DNA of 64,000 bases, taken from the NCBI GenBank assembly GCA_963675755.2, contig CAXXMD010000003.1, positions 1,120,001 through 1,184,000 of the forward strand, read 5' to 3'. Source of the stretch: a bacterium. Its GTDB lineage: Bacteria; Zhuqueibacterota; Zhuqueibacteria; Residuimicrobiales; Krinioviventaceae. The position numbers and the translations under genes are program-made. How positions within the stretch are numbered: position 1 is the stretch's first letter; each line of letters opens with the position of its first letter. The notes beneath the pieces were generated by a model. It made no database searches. It saw nothing but the letters and a program-made list of their open reading frames with translations, and was not told the DNA's origin. Positions 50,526 to 60,594 of the stretch are shown here, piece after piece.

Positions 50526-50918
50526 TTGCTAATAACTATTGATACCTCTGTAATCATTGCGATTTTGATAAATGAACCGGAAAAACATGCTATTATTAAT
50601 CAAACTATAGGAGCAGACTTGTGTTCTCCTTTATCACTAAAATGGGAAATTGGAAACGCTTTTTCTGCAATGTTTAAAAGAAACAGAATTTCAAAAGAAA
50701 AGGCTAATAATGCGATGGATCAATTCAAAACAATTCCCATTCGTCTTATTGATATTGACTTAAAAGATTCTCTTGAATTGGCACATTCTTTAAATATATA
50801 TGCTTACGATGCATACATGATTGCCTGTGCAATAAAATGTAACACTCCACTACTAACTCTCGACACAAGGTTGGCAGAAAAAGCAATATCAGTTGGTATA
50901 AAAACAATAGAGGTATAA
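50526..50918 (+). CDS. vapC: VapC/PIN-domain toxin
   Basis: IDTSVIIA; E; YAYDA; LLTLD. Confidence 0.88.
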   Translation: MLITIDTSVIIAILINEPEKHAIINQTIGADLCSPLSLKWEIGNAFSAMFKRNRISKEKANNAMDQFKTIPIRLIDIDLKDSLELAHSLNIYAYDAYMIACAIKCNTPLLTLDTRLAEKAISVGIKTIEV

Positions 50919-50919
50919 T

Positions 50920-51138
50920 ATGAAAATATATACATATTCCGAAGCACGTCAAAAGCTGTCCTCTGTTTTAGAAGAAGCTGAAATTTATGGCAAGGTTATG
51001 ATAAAACGAAGAAATGGAACTGTTTTTACTATTACGAAAACAGAATCTCAAAATTCCCCTCTCGATGTACCGGGTGTGGACACAGACATCAAACGGGACG
51101 AAATTGTTGATATCATTCGGGAAATCCGGGAACGTTAA
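50920..51138 (+). CDS. Phd/YefM-family antitoxin
   Basis: YSEARQKLSSVLE.A...V.I.RRNG. Confidence 0.85.
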   Translation: MKIYTYSEARQKLSSVLEEAEIYGKVMIKRRNGTVFTITKTESQNSPLDVPGVDTDIKRDEIVDIIREIRER

Positions 51139-51208
51139 ATTCCCTTAAAATCAAATTCTATCTACTCTTTGAAAAGCACCATTCCAAACCCTCTGGTAAT
51201 TTTTCCAA

Positions 51209-51237
51209 TTGACATTTTCAGCAAATTTGTTTATGAT
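51209..51237 (+). promoter_or_regulatory. Putative sigma70 promoter of nagA
   Basis: TTGACA-17 nt-TATGAT. Confidence 0.6.
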
Positions 51238-51287
51238 ACAATATCAATTTTCTTTATATGCTCTCGTATTGAATTTCGGAGGTATTC

Positions 51288-52517
51288 ATGCTGAACCGTA
51301 TAATTCTTGTTGTTGCTTTATTGTGTATTACCATTCAACCCTTAACAGCCAAGGACGCAAAGGGAATGACCGTAGAAGGCCTGTTTTATATGGATATGTC
51401 ACCCGTCGATATCACTTTCAAAGACGGTGTGATAACAAATATTACCCGCAAAGAAAAACTAGACGGTCCCGCAAATGTCTACATTGCACCCGGACTTTTT
51501 GACAATCAAATCAACGGATACGCCGGTGTATCTTTTGCATTTGCCGGGGGTGAGCTGACACTGGATGGTATCCGCAAAGCTACCAAAGCCTTGTGGAAAG
51601 ATGGTGTAACCACTTATATGCCCACCGTAACCACAAACAGCGATGAGGTTTTCATGGCAAATCTTCCTGTTATTGCCGACGCTGTTAATGATCCTGAACA
51701 TTATGGTACTATTCCCGGCATCCATGTGGAAGGTCCTTATATCTCTCCCATTGACGGATTCCGTGGCGCCCATCCAAAACAATTTGTACGCCTTCCTGAT
51801 TGGGATGAATTCTCCAAATACCAAAAAGCTGCAAAAGGAACCATCATGCAAGTTACAGTTGCACCCGAGATTGACGGTGCAATGGATTTTATTAAACAGT
51901 GCAGCATGAACAACATTCTGGTTGCACTGGGACACCATAATGGAAATGCCGATCAGGTTAAACAAGCCGCAGATCTTGGCGCCGCAACCTGTACTCACCT
52001 GGGCAACGGCTGCGCCAACATGATCAATCGCCACAATAATCCCCTTTGGCCGCAATTGGCTGACGACCGTTTAATGATCAGCATCATCTGTGACGGATTT
52101 CATCTGCGTCCCGAAGAGATTAAAACCTTTTGGAGAGCCAAAGGCACCAATGGCACAATGATCACATCAGACGTTACCAGCTATGCTGCACTGCCGCCGG
52201 GTGAATATAAAACTCCTCATGGCGAAACCATTGAACTCACCCCTGAAGGCTTGCTGCATTACCCTGCACAAAAAGTGCTTTACGGTTCTGCCTCTCCCAT
52301 CACTAAAGGAGTAGGTCACATTATGAAAGTAACCGGCTGCAGCCTTCAGGAAGCAATTCAAATGGCAAGCACCAATCAGGCCAACTTGTACGGACTGGAT
52401 GACCGTGGTGTTTTGGAATCCGGTAAACGTGCGGATATCATCTTGTTCACCATTGATGATTTTAAAGTAAATATTAAAAAGACCATAGTAAATGGCCATG
52501 TGGTCTATGAACAATAA
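51288..52517 (+). CDS. nagA: N-acetylglucosamine-6-phosphate deacetylase-like amidohydrolase with a signal peptide
   Basis: PGLFD.QING; H.EGPYI; GAHP; APE; LGH; THLGN; DG.H; GKRAD. Confidence 0.8.
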   Translation: MLNRIILVVALLCITIQPLTAKDAKGMTVEGLFYMDMSPVDITFKDGVITNITRKEKLDGPANVYIAPGLFDNQINGYAGVSFAFAGGELTLDGIRKATKALWKDGVTTYMPTVTTNSDEVFMANLPVIADAVNDPEHYGTIPGIHVEGPYISPIDGFRGAHPKQFVRLPDWDEFSKYQKAAKGTIMQVTVAPEIDGAMDFIKQCSMNNILVALGHHNGNADQVKQAADLGAATCTHLGNGCANMINRHNNPLWPQLADDRLMISIICDGFHLRPEEIKTFWRAKGTNGTMITSDVTSYAALPPGEYKTPHGETIELTPEGLLHYPAQKVLYGSASPITKGVGHIMKVTGCSLQEAIQMASTNQANLYGLDDRGVLESGKRADIILFTIDDFKVNIKKTIVNGHVVYEQ

Positions 52518-52541
52518 ACTCTGAACAGGAGATCGAACAGA

Positions 52542-53312
52542 ATGTCACAAAAACCTGACAAATCCATAACAGTTGAAAAACTGAATGTGGAAATTTATAA
52601 CGATACCAAAATAATGGGCCAGGCCGCCGCAGATCAAGTAACTGAGGTATTAAAAGCTGCAATAGCAGAAAAAGGTCATGCAACCCTGATCCTGGCAACC
52701 GGCGCTTCTCAGTTTTCATTCATTGAAGCGTTCAAAGATAAAGAACTCGATTGGCCAAAAATTACGGTATTCCATCTTGATGAATATGTAGGCATGTCTG
52801 ATCAGCATCCTGCCAGCTTTGTAAAATACCTGAAAGAACGGATACTCGATCATGTTTCTCCCAAAGCAATCCATTTTCTCAATGGAGACGCCCCGGACGC
52901 TGACGCTGAAGCCCAGCGTTACGAAGACCTTCTCAAACAACACGAGGTAGACTGTGCCTGTATTGGTATTGGTGAAAACGGGCATATAGCGTTTAATGAC
53001 CCACCTGTTGCGGATTTTGATGATCCCAAGCTGGTCAAAGTTGTAGAATTGGATGACGACTGTCGCAAGCAGCAGTTGGGCGAAGGCTGGTTCCCCACAT
53101 TTGAGGATGTACCAACACACGCACTCAGCCAGACCATCCCGGCAATGATGCGCTGCAAATACATTAGCTGCGTAGTTCCGGATGAACGCAAAGCAACTGC
53201 CGTTAAAAACACACTCAATGCGCCTATCGGTACTGCTTGTCCCGCAACAATTCTAAGAACTCACCCTAACACTGTTCTGTATCTGGATGCGGCATCAGCT
53301 TCAAAATTATAA
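52542..53312 (+). CDS. nagB: Glucosamine-6-phosphate deaminase
   Basis: LATGAS; HLDEY; GIGENGHIAFNDP. Confidence 0.88.
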   Translation: MSQKPDKSITVEKLNVEIYNDTKIMGQAAADQVTEVLKAAIAEKGHATLILATGASQFSFIEAFKDKELDWPKITVFHLDEYVGMSDQHPASFVKYLKERILDHVSPKAIHFLNGDAPDADAEAQRYEDLLKQHEVDCACIGIGENGHIAFNDPPVADFDDPKLVKVVELDDDCRKQQLGEGWFPTFEDVPTHALSQTIPAMMRCKYISCVVPDERKATAVKNTLNAPIGTACPATILRTHPNTVLYLDAASASKL

Positions 53313-53318
53313 GCTGGC

Positions 53319-53972
53319 ATGAAACATTCTCTTCTATTTTTATTATTGTGTATTATCGGGTCCGTCACTGCCAATGACAGCAGTGACTGGACCTTTTTAT
53401 TTGATGGTACTTCAATTGAACAATGGCAAGCTATAAAACACCAGGAATCTTTTACACTCGAAAACGGTATATTAAAAGCCAATAGCAAAAAAGGAATGGA
53501 CCATCTGATCTATATTGGCTCTCGTCCTGATTCTCTGCCCCAATTTAAAAATTTCGAGTTGGTAGTTATCTGCAAAGGAAAAATCAACTCCAATTCCGGA
53601 ATCTTTATTCACACAAACAGGGATCTGAATTGGTGGACCCTTTTAAAGAATGGATATGAAATTCAGTTAAACAATACCCCCAAAGATAAACGCAAAACCG
53701 GCAGCCTTTATGATGTTTTGGATATTGAAAGCTGTCCTGTCGATGATACGCAATGGTTCAAGATGCACATAACGGTTAATGACAAACGGATAACGGTCAA
53801 GCTCGACAGCTCAACGGTTGTTGATTATACAGAGCCCTTACATCCCAAACGATCATGGAAAAGAAAAAACCGTCTTCTTGATACCGCGGGAGGAACCATT
53901 GCAATTCAGGCACACGATCCCAATAGCACATGGTACTTTAAAGAAATACGCATCAGAACACTGAACGAGTAA
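53319..53972 (+). CDS. DUF1080 (3-keto-disaccharide hydrolase family) protein
   Basis: LFDG; NSGIF; YEIQL; TGSLY; G.IAIQAHD. Confidence 0.88.
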   Translation: MKHSLLFLLLCIIGSVTANDSSDWTFLFDGTSIEQWQAIKHQESFTLENGILKANSKKGMDHLIYIGSRPDSLPQFKNFELVVICKGKINSNSGIFIHTNRDLNWWTLLKNGYEIQLNNTPKDKRKTGSLYDVLDIESCPVDDTQWFKMHITVNDKRITVKLDSSTVVDYTEPLHPKRSWKRKNRLLDTAGGTIAIQAHDPNSTWYFKEIRIRTLNE

Positions 53973-53974
53973 AA

Positions 53975-54823
53975 TTATTGATATAAAAATACCGGTTTCT
54001 TTTCTGTTTTCAACAAATGCTTTGCCAAGCTGCCCAACCTGAAATCAAACAAATTGCTTTTTGAATGTGTTCCCGCAATGATAAAATCCGTCTTTTCTAT
54101 GTATTTACTGTCAATCGATTCTATAATATCTTCCTCTGTCCATATCATCTCAACATTTTTATATCCATGACAGCTTAAAAACGCTTCAACCTGGTCAAGC
54201 AGGTATTTGGCTTCTTTTTCCACATCATGTAAAAAAAGAACCGTAATATTGAAAAAATCGTTCATCTCTAATTGTGCAAAACGATGTAAACCGCGCGATG
54301 CGGGATGGCTTCCGTCATAAGCGATGAGAACATTAAACTTTTCCTTGTTCAAGGATGCCAGATCCAATTCAATGGGCACTGTATAAACCGGTGTAACCAT
54401 ATGATTTAAAACTTTTTCAACAGATTCTCCATGCTTTGCCTTTGTACCAAATTGATAATAGGTTTTCATACCCATAATAATGGCATCATAAAAAAAGGAT
54501 TCATGAATAATTCTCTCAACAGGGCTCCCTTGTGTCTCCTCTTTTCGAAAACGGACCTTGTTGTGAATACATTTTTCCTCAAATCGGGCAAGCAACTCAT
54601 CAATATGATCTTCTGCTTCACGAATTTTCAATTTTTCAATTTTTTCAGCGTAATGAATAGCCCCCATAGGCACAGGACCAATGGACCGCTCAATACCGGG
54701 TAGGTCGAGAATGACTAACCCTGTCAATTCAGCATCCAATTTGCGGGCAATTATGCTCCCCAGCTCGATTGCATTGTCCGCATACTGTGAATCATCCAAA
54801 GGTAAAAGTATACGTTTAATCAT
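53975..54823 (-). CDS. Universal stress protein (tandem Usp domains)
   Basis: KRILLPLDDS; IAYDGS; G.HS...LGS....LL. Confidence 0.85.
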   Translation of the reverse strand: MIKRILLPLDDSQYADNAIELGSIIARKLDAELTGLVILDLPGIERSIGPVPMGAIHYAEKIEKLKIREAEDHIDELLARFEEKCIHNKVRFRKEETQGSPVERIIHESFFYDAIIMGMKTYYQFGTKAKHGESVEKVLNHMVTPVYTVPIELDLASLNKEKFNVLIAYDGSHPASRGLHRFAQLEMNDFFNITVLFLHDVEKEAKYLLDQVEAFLSCHGYKNVEMIWTEEDIIESIDSKYIEKTDFIIAGTHSKSNLFDFRLGSLAKHLLKTEKKPVFLYQ

Positions 54824-54990
54824 AACACACCTCGAACTTTATTTCATAACAATTTCCCTTTTTACAAAAATTCCGACAATCCAATCCTGCAAAACAAATA
54901 AATTCATTTTATGGCTTGCATATTATCCAGAAAAGCGTTTAATTACGAATTATTAAAGTGGTGATTTACTTTTTTTGGAGAAGCGTTGAA

Positions 54991-56169
54991 ATGAAAAGAG
55001 CCGTATTATTTTTCCTGATCGCTATTACTGTTCAAACAGTTTATTCCTTCCCCCCCGAAAAAGAACCCGAATCCATGTTATGCCAGGGAGCTTATTTCAC
55101 TGAAAGCGAAGCAAAAGCCAAGCTAGAAGAATGGAAATCACTTTACACCACTTTGACTCAATGGAAATTTCGTGCGGGCATTATCAAACAAGGCATACTC
55201 GATGGTACCGGGTTAGACCCCATGCCCAAGAAAACCCCATTAAATCCCATTTACTCCAATCCACGCGAATATGATGGATATACCGTTGTTAATGTAGCAA
55301 TAGAAAGTAGACCCGGTGTTTTTGTAACCGGCAGTCTGTACAAACCTTCCGAATATAAAGGCAAACTTGCCGGAATTATTTGTCCTCATGGTCACTGGGG
55401 GGATGAAGACAATTATGGCCGCTATCGTCCCGACATGCAGTATCGTTGCGCAACCCTGGCAAAAATGGGTGCCGTGGTTATGTCAATTGATATGGTAGGT
55501 TATGGTGAAATGCAAAAATATGGCTGGGTTCACAAAAGCCCTGAAACGCTTAAACTCCAGTTATGGAACAGTATCCGCGTTCTCGATTACTTATTAACTC
55601 TCGATGAAGTTGATCCTGAACGAATTGGTGTAACTGGGGCATCAGGCGGCGGCACACAAACATTCCTGCTTACCGCAATAGATGACCGCGTAGCGGTTTC
55701 TGCTCCCATAGTAATGGTCTCTGCATATTTCTTTGGCGGCTGTGTATGTGAAAGTGGAATGCCCATTCATAAAAGCACCTGCCACGAAACAAATAATGTT
55801 GAAATTGCAGCACTGGCCGCACCCAGGCCTTTGCTTCTGGTTTCTGATGGTGAAGACTGGACCAAAAACACGCCTGATGTAGAATATCCTTTCATTCGTG
55901 ATATTTATTCACTCTACAATGCTAAAGACCGCGTACATCACACACACATTCCGAATGAAGGGCATGATTACGGCTTTTCAAAACGCAAACCCATGTATCA
56001 TTTTATGGCAAAATATCTGAATCTGGATATTAATAAAGTGCATAATGCCAAGGGTGAAATTGATGAAAGTAATGTAACCATTGAAAAAAATGAAAACATG
56101 CATGTCTTTACAAAGGATGTGCCGCTTCCCGCACATGCACTTAGACCCAATGATGCAATCAAGTGGTAA
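54991..56169 (+). CDS. Acetylxylan esterase-like alpha/beta hydrolase
   Basis: PHGH; TGASGGG; APRP; HDY; start MKRAV. Confidence 0.82.
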   Translation: MKRAVLFFLIAITVQTVYSFPPEKEPESMLCQGAYFTESEAKAKLEEWKSLYTTLTQWKFRAGIIKQGILDGTGLDPMPKKTPLNPIYSNPREYDGYTVVNVAIESRPGVFVTGSLYKPSEYKGKLAGIICPHGHWGDEDNYGRYRPDMQYRCATLAKMGAVVMSIDMVGYGEMQKYGWVHKSPETLKLQLWNSIRVLDYLLTLDEVDPERIGVTGASGGGTQTFLLTAIDDRVAVSAPIVMVSAYFFGGCVCESGMPIHKSTCHETNNVEIAALAAPRPLLLVSDGEDWTKNTPDVEYPFIRDIYSLYNAKDRVHHTHIPNEGHDYGFSKRKPMYHFMAKYLNLDINKVHNAKGEIDESNVTIEKNENMHVFTKDVPLPAHALRPNDAIKW

Positions 56170-56255
56170 CAAGTTTTTCACTATTTACATTATTCAAAAA
56201 CTTTTGAAAATATTTGAATACACCAGACCAGTTTGTATATATAATAGAATAACAG

Positions 56256-58385
56256 ATGGATCATTTTTTTAACAAAACCATTAATTTTTCTCTGGTATTG
56301 ATAGCACTACTCGCACTCCCTTTCACCTCGCTAGCCAATCAAGATCCGGACATATTATTCCTAAACTCGTACTATCTGGGATACGAATGGTCTGACAATA
56401 TTGTAAAAAGTTTTCAATACGAAATAAACAATGCTTTCCAAAATCCCATTATATCTATAGAATATATGGATAGTAAACAATTCAAGAGTGATGAATATTA
56501 TCAATCTCTTGCTGATCTCTATTATTATAAATATCACGACAATAAACCAGATGTTATTGTATGCTCAGATGATAATGCATTCCAGTTCGTCATGAATTAT
56601 TATAATGACCTGTTCAAAGATATACCTTTTGTTTTTTGTGGAGTTGGCAAGATTGATCAAAAGTATATTGAAAATCACAAAAATTTCACCGGCATTATTG
56701 AACATCTCGATATTCAGGCAACAATAAATCTAATTAACAAGTTCCATCCCGATCTTGAGAATCTCTATATTATCACAGAAAACACAATCACAGGTGTATC
56801 CCAAAAAGAGGCCACTGAAAGTCAGGAACAGCAATTCCCGGATATCAATTTCAGGTACTTTGATGGTAGATATCTAACTACATATCAGCTGCTTGACAAA
56901 ATTAAACAATTGCCTGAGCATTCTGCCCTGTTACCATTAACCTGGATGCGTGATGCTTCCGGAGAGGTTTTTGATAATGAAATCATATATCCTCTCATTA
57001 TTAACAGCAGCAATGTTCCCGTTTACAGTACCGGTGAAATTATGATGGGGATGGGAGTTATAGGAGGTATGCTAAACAGTGGTTTTAATCAAGGTGAGTT
57101 GGCAGCAATGTTAACATTAAAAATCTTGAATGGAGAAAAACCCGAAAACATACCCATTGTTGTAGATACACATAATCCATGCATGCTGGATTATCAAATG
57201 ATAAAAAAATATAAAATCGATACAAACCTTATTCCTGCCAATAGTATAATTATCAACAAACCCATATCTCTTTATGAAAAACATAAAAGCGTAATCTGGA
57301 TTGCGATTTCAATAAATTCAATACTGGCTTTTATTATAGCAATTTTGATCATAAATATAATTTCCCGTCATAAAACTGAAAAAGCATTAAGACAGAGCCG
57401 AATGCAATACAAAACGCTTGTTGAAACCGCTCCGGAATCTGTCATTATGCTGGATTTTGAAGGAACTATTCTTTTTGCGTCAGATCATACCTGGTCTATG
57501 TTCAATCTGCCTGCTGATCAAGCTTTGGAAAATAAAAAAGTAACAGCCTTTATTGACAAGAAAAATTTAGACGAGATAAACAATTTTAATTTACAGCTTA
57601 AAAATTTAAAAACAGTTCGAAATAAAGAAATCATCTTTAAAAGAGCAGACAACTCTCGTTTCATCGGAGAAATAAACGCAAGCTATATACTGGGTATAGA
57701 TTCTATACCTAATGCGATAATCGCTACTGTAAGGGATATTTCAGGGCGCAAAGAATATGAAGATATGATTAAAAAATCTCTACTTGAAAAAGAAATTCTC
57801 TTGAAGGAAATTCATCATAGAGTTAAAAACAATATGCAGGTAATTTGCAGTCTGCTTAGTCTTCAGGAAAAATATATACCTGATCCAGAATCTCTCAAAG
57901 TTTTTCAGGAAACCAAAAGTCGTGTAATGTCTATGGCACTCATACATGAAAGAATGTATCGATCAGAAGATCTGGCAGAAATCAATTTCAAAGAATATAT
58001 TCAAAACCTTATTGTAGATTTGGGCCATACTTATAATACAGACAATAAATTATTTTCTTTCGACATCAAAGGCCCTGATATCTTTTTAGACTTGAACAGA
58101 GCAATACCCTGCGGGCTGATTTTAAATGAATTGGTAACAAATGCAATAAAATATGCGTTTCCGGACAACCAACCCGGTACGATTAATATAAAACTAGACA
58201 CTTCAAGCAACCGTTTTTCCATACTCGTAAAAGATGATGGTATTGGTATCCCTCAAGGCTTTAATCCTGAAACATCAACTACATTTGGTTATAAAATGAT
58301 CCATGCACTAATAAGTCAGATAGAAGGTGAGTTAATTGTACAGCGGAATAATGGTACCATTGTACAATTTTCATTTAACAGTTAA
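56256..58385 (+). CDS. Membrane sensor kinase: periplasmic binding-protein-like domain, PAS, HisKA_2
   Basis: LNSY..GY.W; EYMD.K; SDD.A; P.VFCG; EIHHRVKNNMQ; NELVTNA.K; DDGIG. Confidence 0.9.
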   Translation: MDHFFNKTINFSLVLIALLALPFTSLANQDPDILFLNSYYLGYEWSDNIVKSFQYEINNAFQNPIISIEYMDSKQFKSDEYYQSLADLYYYKYHDNKPDVIVCSDDNAFQFVMNYYNDLFKDIPFVFCGVGKIDQKYIENHKNFTGIIEHLDIQATINLINKFHPDLENLYIITENTITGVSQKEATESQEQQFPDINFRYFDGRYLTTYQLLDKIKQLPEHSALLPLTWMRDASGEVFDNEIIYPLIINSSNVPVYSTGEIMMGMGVIGGMLNSGFNQGELAAMLTLKILNGEKPENIPIVVDTHNPCMLDYQMIKKYKIDTNLIPANSIIINKPISLYEKHKSVIWIAISINSILAFIIAILIINIISRHKTEKALRQSRMQYKTLVETAPESVIMLDFEGTILFASDHTWSMFNLPADQALENKKVTAFIDKKNLDEINNFNLQLKNLKTVRNKEIIFKRADNSRFIGEINASYILGIDSIPNAIIATVRDISGRKEYEDMIKKSLLEKEILLKEIHHRVKNNMQVICSLLSLQEKYIPDPESLKVFQETKSRVMSMALIHERMYRSEDLAEINFKEYIQNLIVDLGHTYNTDNKLFSFDIKGPDIFLDLNRAIPCGLILNELVTNAIKYAFPDNQPGTINIKLDTSSNRFSILVKDDGIGIPQGFNPETSTTFGYKMIHALISQIEGELIVQRNNGTIVQFSFNS

Positions 58386-58429
58386 AATTACAAATAATTT
58401 ATGACAAATACCCAAGGCGGCAATAGAGC

Positions 58430-60529
58430 GTGATTCGCAAGATAATACACATTTACCTTTATTCCCTTTTGCTTGTTTTACCAAGCTTTGCCTCTGTTGA
58501 TTTAAACAAAACAAACGTCTTGTTGTTAAACTCTTATCACCAGGGTTATCAATGGACTGATAATATAACCAAAGCTATTGAAAAAGAATTATTAAAAAGT
58601 TTGCCTAATACACGTCTATATATTGAATACATGGACACCAAAAGACACATTGCACCAGAATATTATACAAAACTGGAAAATATATTTAGTATAAAATATG
58701 AAAATATTAAACTGGCAGCAATAATATGCTCCGATGATAATGCATTCAACTTTGTAAAAAAAAACAACAACCTATTTAACAATGCACCAATAGTCTTTTG
58801 TGGTGTTGCAGCAATTGATTCGAATGAATTTAAAAATCATATCAACTTTACCGGGATTCTTGAGACTTTTGATGTTAAATCAAATATAGATCTGGTTTTA
58901 AATCTACACCCTGACACACGTAACATCTATTATATTGTAGAAAACACTTTAACCGGCAGAGAACATAGAAAGGTATTTGAAAAATACCGGCCACTTTATC
59001 CCCAATTAAATTTTTTCTTTCTTGATGGTAAAGATCTATCAACTCAACAACTGCTTGACACACTAAAAGTTTTACTCCCCAAATCCATTGTTTTTCCAAT
59101 ACATTGGTCAAAAGATAAAAACAATCATTTCCAGGATACAAAAAAAATGTATCCTCTTATTTGTCAAACAAGCAGTGCACCCACATATGGTTTAACCGAT
59201 GTCATGACCTGGGATGGCGTTATAGGTGGTAAAATGCGAAAAGGAGATATGATAGGTCAACAATCGGTAGATTTATTGATACAAATTCTGGAGGGAAAGA
59301 AACCTCAAGACATCCCAATTATTCCAGAAACACCTACAGAATATGTTTTTGATTATAATCAGTTAGTTAAACACAACATTCCCTTAAAACTCATTCCACC
59401 TACAAGTCAAATTATGAATCAACCGTTTTCTTTTTATCAGTTTCACAAAAGTGTTATCTGGTTTTCCATATCGGTTGTTTCATTCTTACTTTTTATTATT
59501 TTTATTTTATACTTGATAATCATTAACCGTAGAAAAACAGAACATGAACTATTAACCAGCCAGCAGCATTACAAAAAACTGATTGAAACATCTCCCGATG
59601 CCGTTCTGCTTTTAAATTTGGATGGGAAAATACAATTCACATCAGAACATTCAAAACTGCTGTTTTGTAAAAACAACTCTATTTCTCTTGAAGACAAAAC
59701 AATATATGACTTTGTACAGGAATCATTCAAAGATACCCTTTATGAAATCATTTGTTCAATTGAAACAAAAAAATCATTAAAAAAAATAGAGCTCGAATTT
59801 GTTCGCTGTGACGGAACATCCTTTACAGGTGAAACCAATTTCAGCTATTTTTTCAATCCTCAACACAGCAATTTTATTATTATTGCGGCAATCCGTGATA
59901 TTACATTGATGAAAGAAAACGAAAAACAACTGGATAAATCATTAAAAGAAAAAGAGATATTATTAAAAGAAATTCACCATCGTGTCAAAAACAACATGCA
60001 GATCATTCACAGCTTGTTGAATCTACAGGGAAGTTATACATTTAAACCCAGTTCAGATAACATTTTCAACAACACAAAAAACCTGATAATGTCGATATTT
60101 CTTGTCCATGCAAAAATTTATAACACTGAAAAGCCTGACGAAATTGAATTTTCAGATTATATTTCAAGTATTATACAGCATATTGAACTCGGGCAAAAAA
60201 ACAAACCCCAAATACATATGAATATCAGTACCGTATCTATTGATCTGGATCGAGCAATTCCATGCGGTTTGTTGATAACTGAATTAATCAATAATGTATA
60301 TTCCCTTGAAAATCTAAACATATCTGATAGTATAACCATCAACTTGAAAAAACAAGATAACCATTACTTTTTATCTGTTTCTTATTCCTTCCAGGATGAA
60401 AAAACAAAAAATAGTTTTTCTCCCTCCCAATCGAGTAATCAAATTATTACTGCAATGGTATCACAATTGAATGGCAAATTATCATTCGAACAAAAAAAGG
60501 ATATAAGCTATCAAATTCTCTTTGATTGA
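58430..60529 (+). CDS. Paralogous sensor with intact H-box but degenerate HATPase (pseudokinase-like)
   Basis: Same architecture as the upstream gene; EIHHRVKNNMQ retained; DxGxG replaced by SYSFQD. Confidence 0.8.
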   Translation: MIRKIIHIYLYSLLLVLPSFASVDLNKTNVLLLNSYHQGYQWTDNITKAIEKELLKSLPNTRLYIEYMDTKRHIAPEYYTKLENIFSIKYENIKLAAIICSDDNAFNFVKKNNNLFNNAPIVFCGVAAIDSNEFKNHINFTGILETFDVKSNIDLVLNLHPDTRNIYYIVENTLTGREHRKVFEKYRPLYPQLNFFFLDGKDLSTQQLLDTLKVLLPKSIVFPIHWSKDKNNHFQDTKKMYPLICQTSSAPTYGLTDVMTWDGVIGGKMRKGDMIGQQSVDLLIQILEGKKPQDIPIIPETPTEYVFDYNQLVKHNIPLKLIPPTSQIMNQPFSFYQFHKSVIWFSISVVSFLLFIIFILYLIIINRRKTEHELLTSQQHYKKLIETSPDAVLLLNLDGKIQFTSEHSKLLFCKNNSISLEDKTIYDFVQESFKDTLYEIICSIETKKSLKKIELEFVRCDGTSFTGETNFSYFFNPQHSNFIIIAAIRDITLMKENEKQLDKSLKEKEILLKEIHHRVKNNMQIIHSLLNLQGSYTFKPSSDNIFNNTKNLIMSIFLVHAKIYNTEKPDEIEFSDYISSIIQHIELGQKNKPQIHMNISTVSIDLDRAIPCGLLITELINNVYSLENLNISDSITINLKKQDNHYFLSVSYSFQDEKTKNSFSPSQSSNQIITAMVSQLNGKLSFEQKKDISYQILFD

Positions 60530-60594
60530 ATCTCGAAAAATAATATATTAATTAAACACCTGTAAATCCACATACACAAACCTGGGATATTTCA

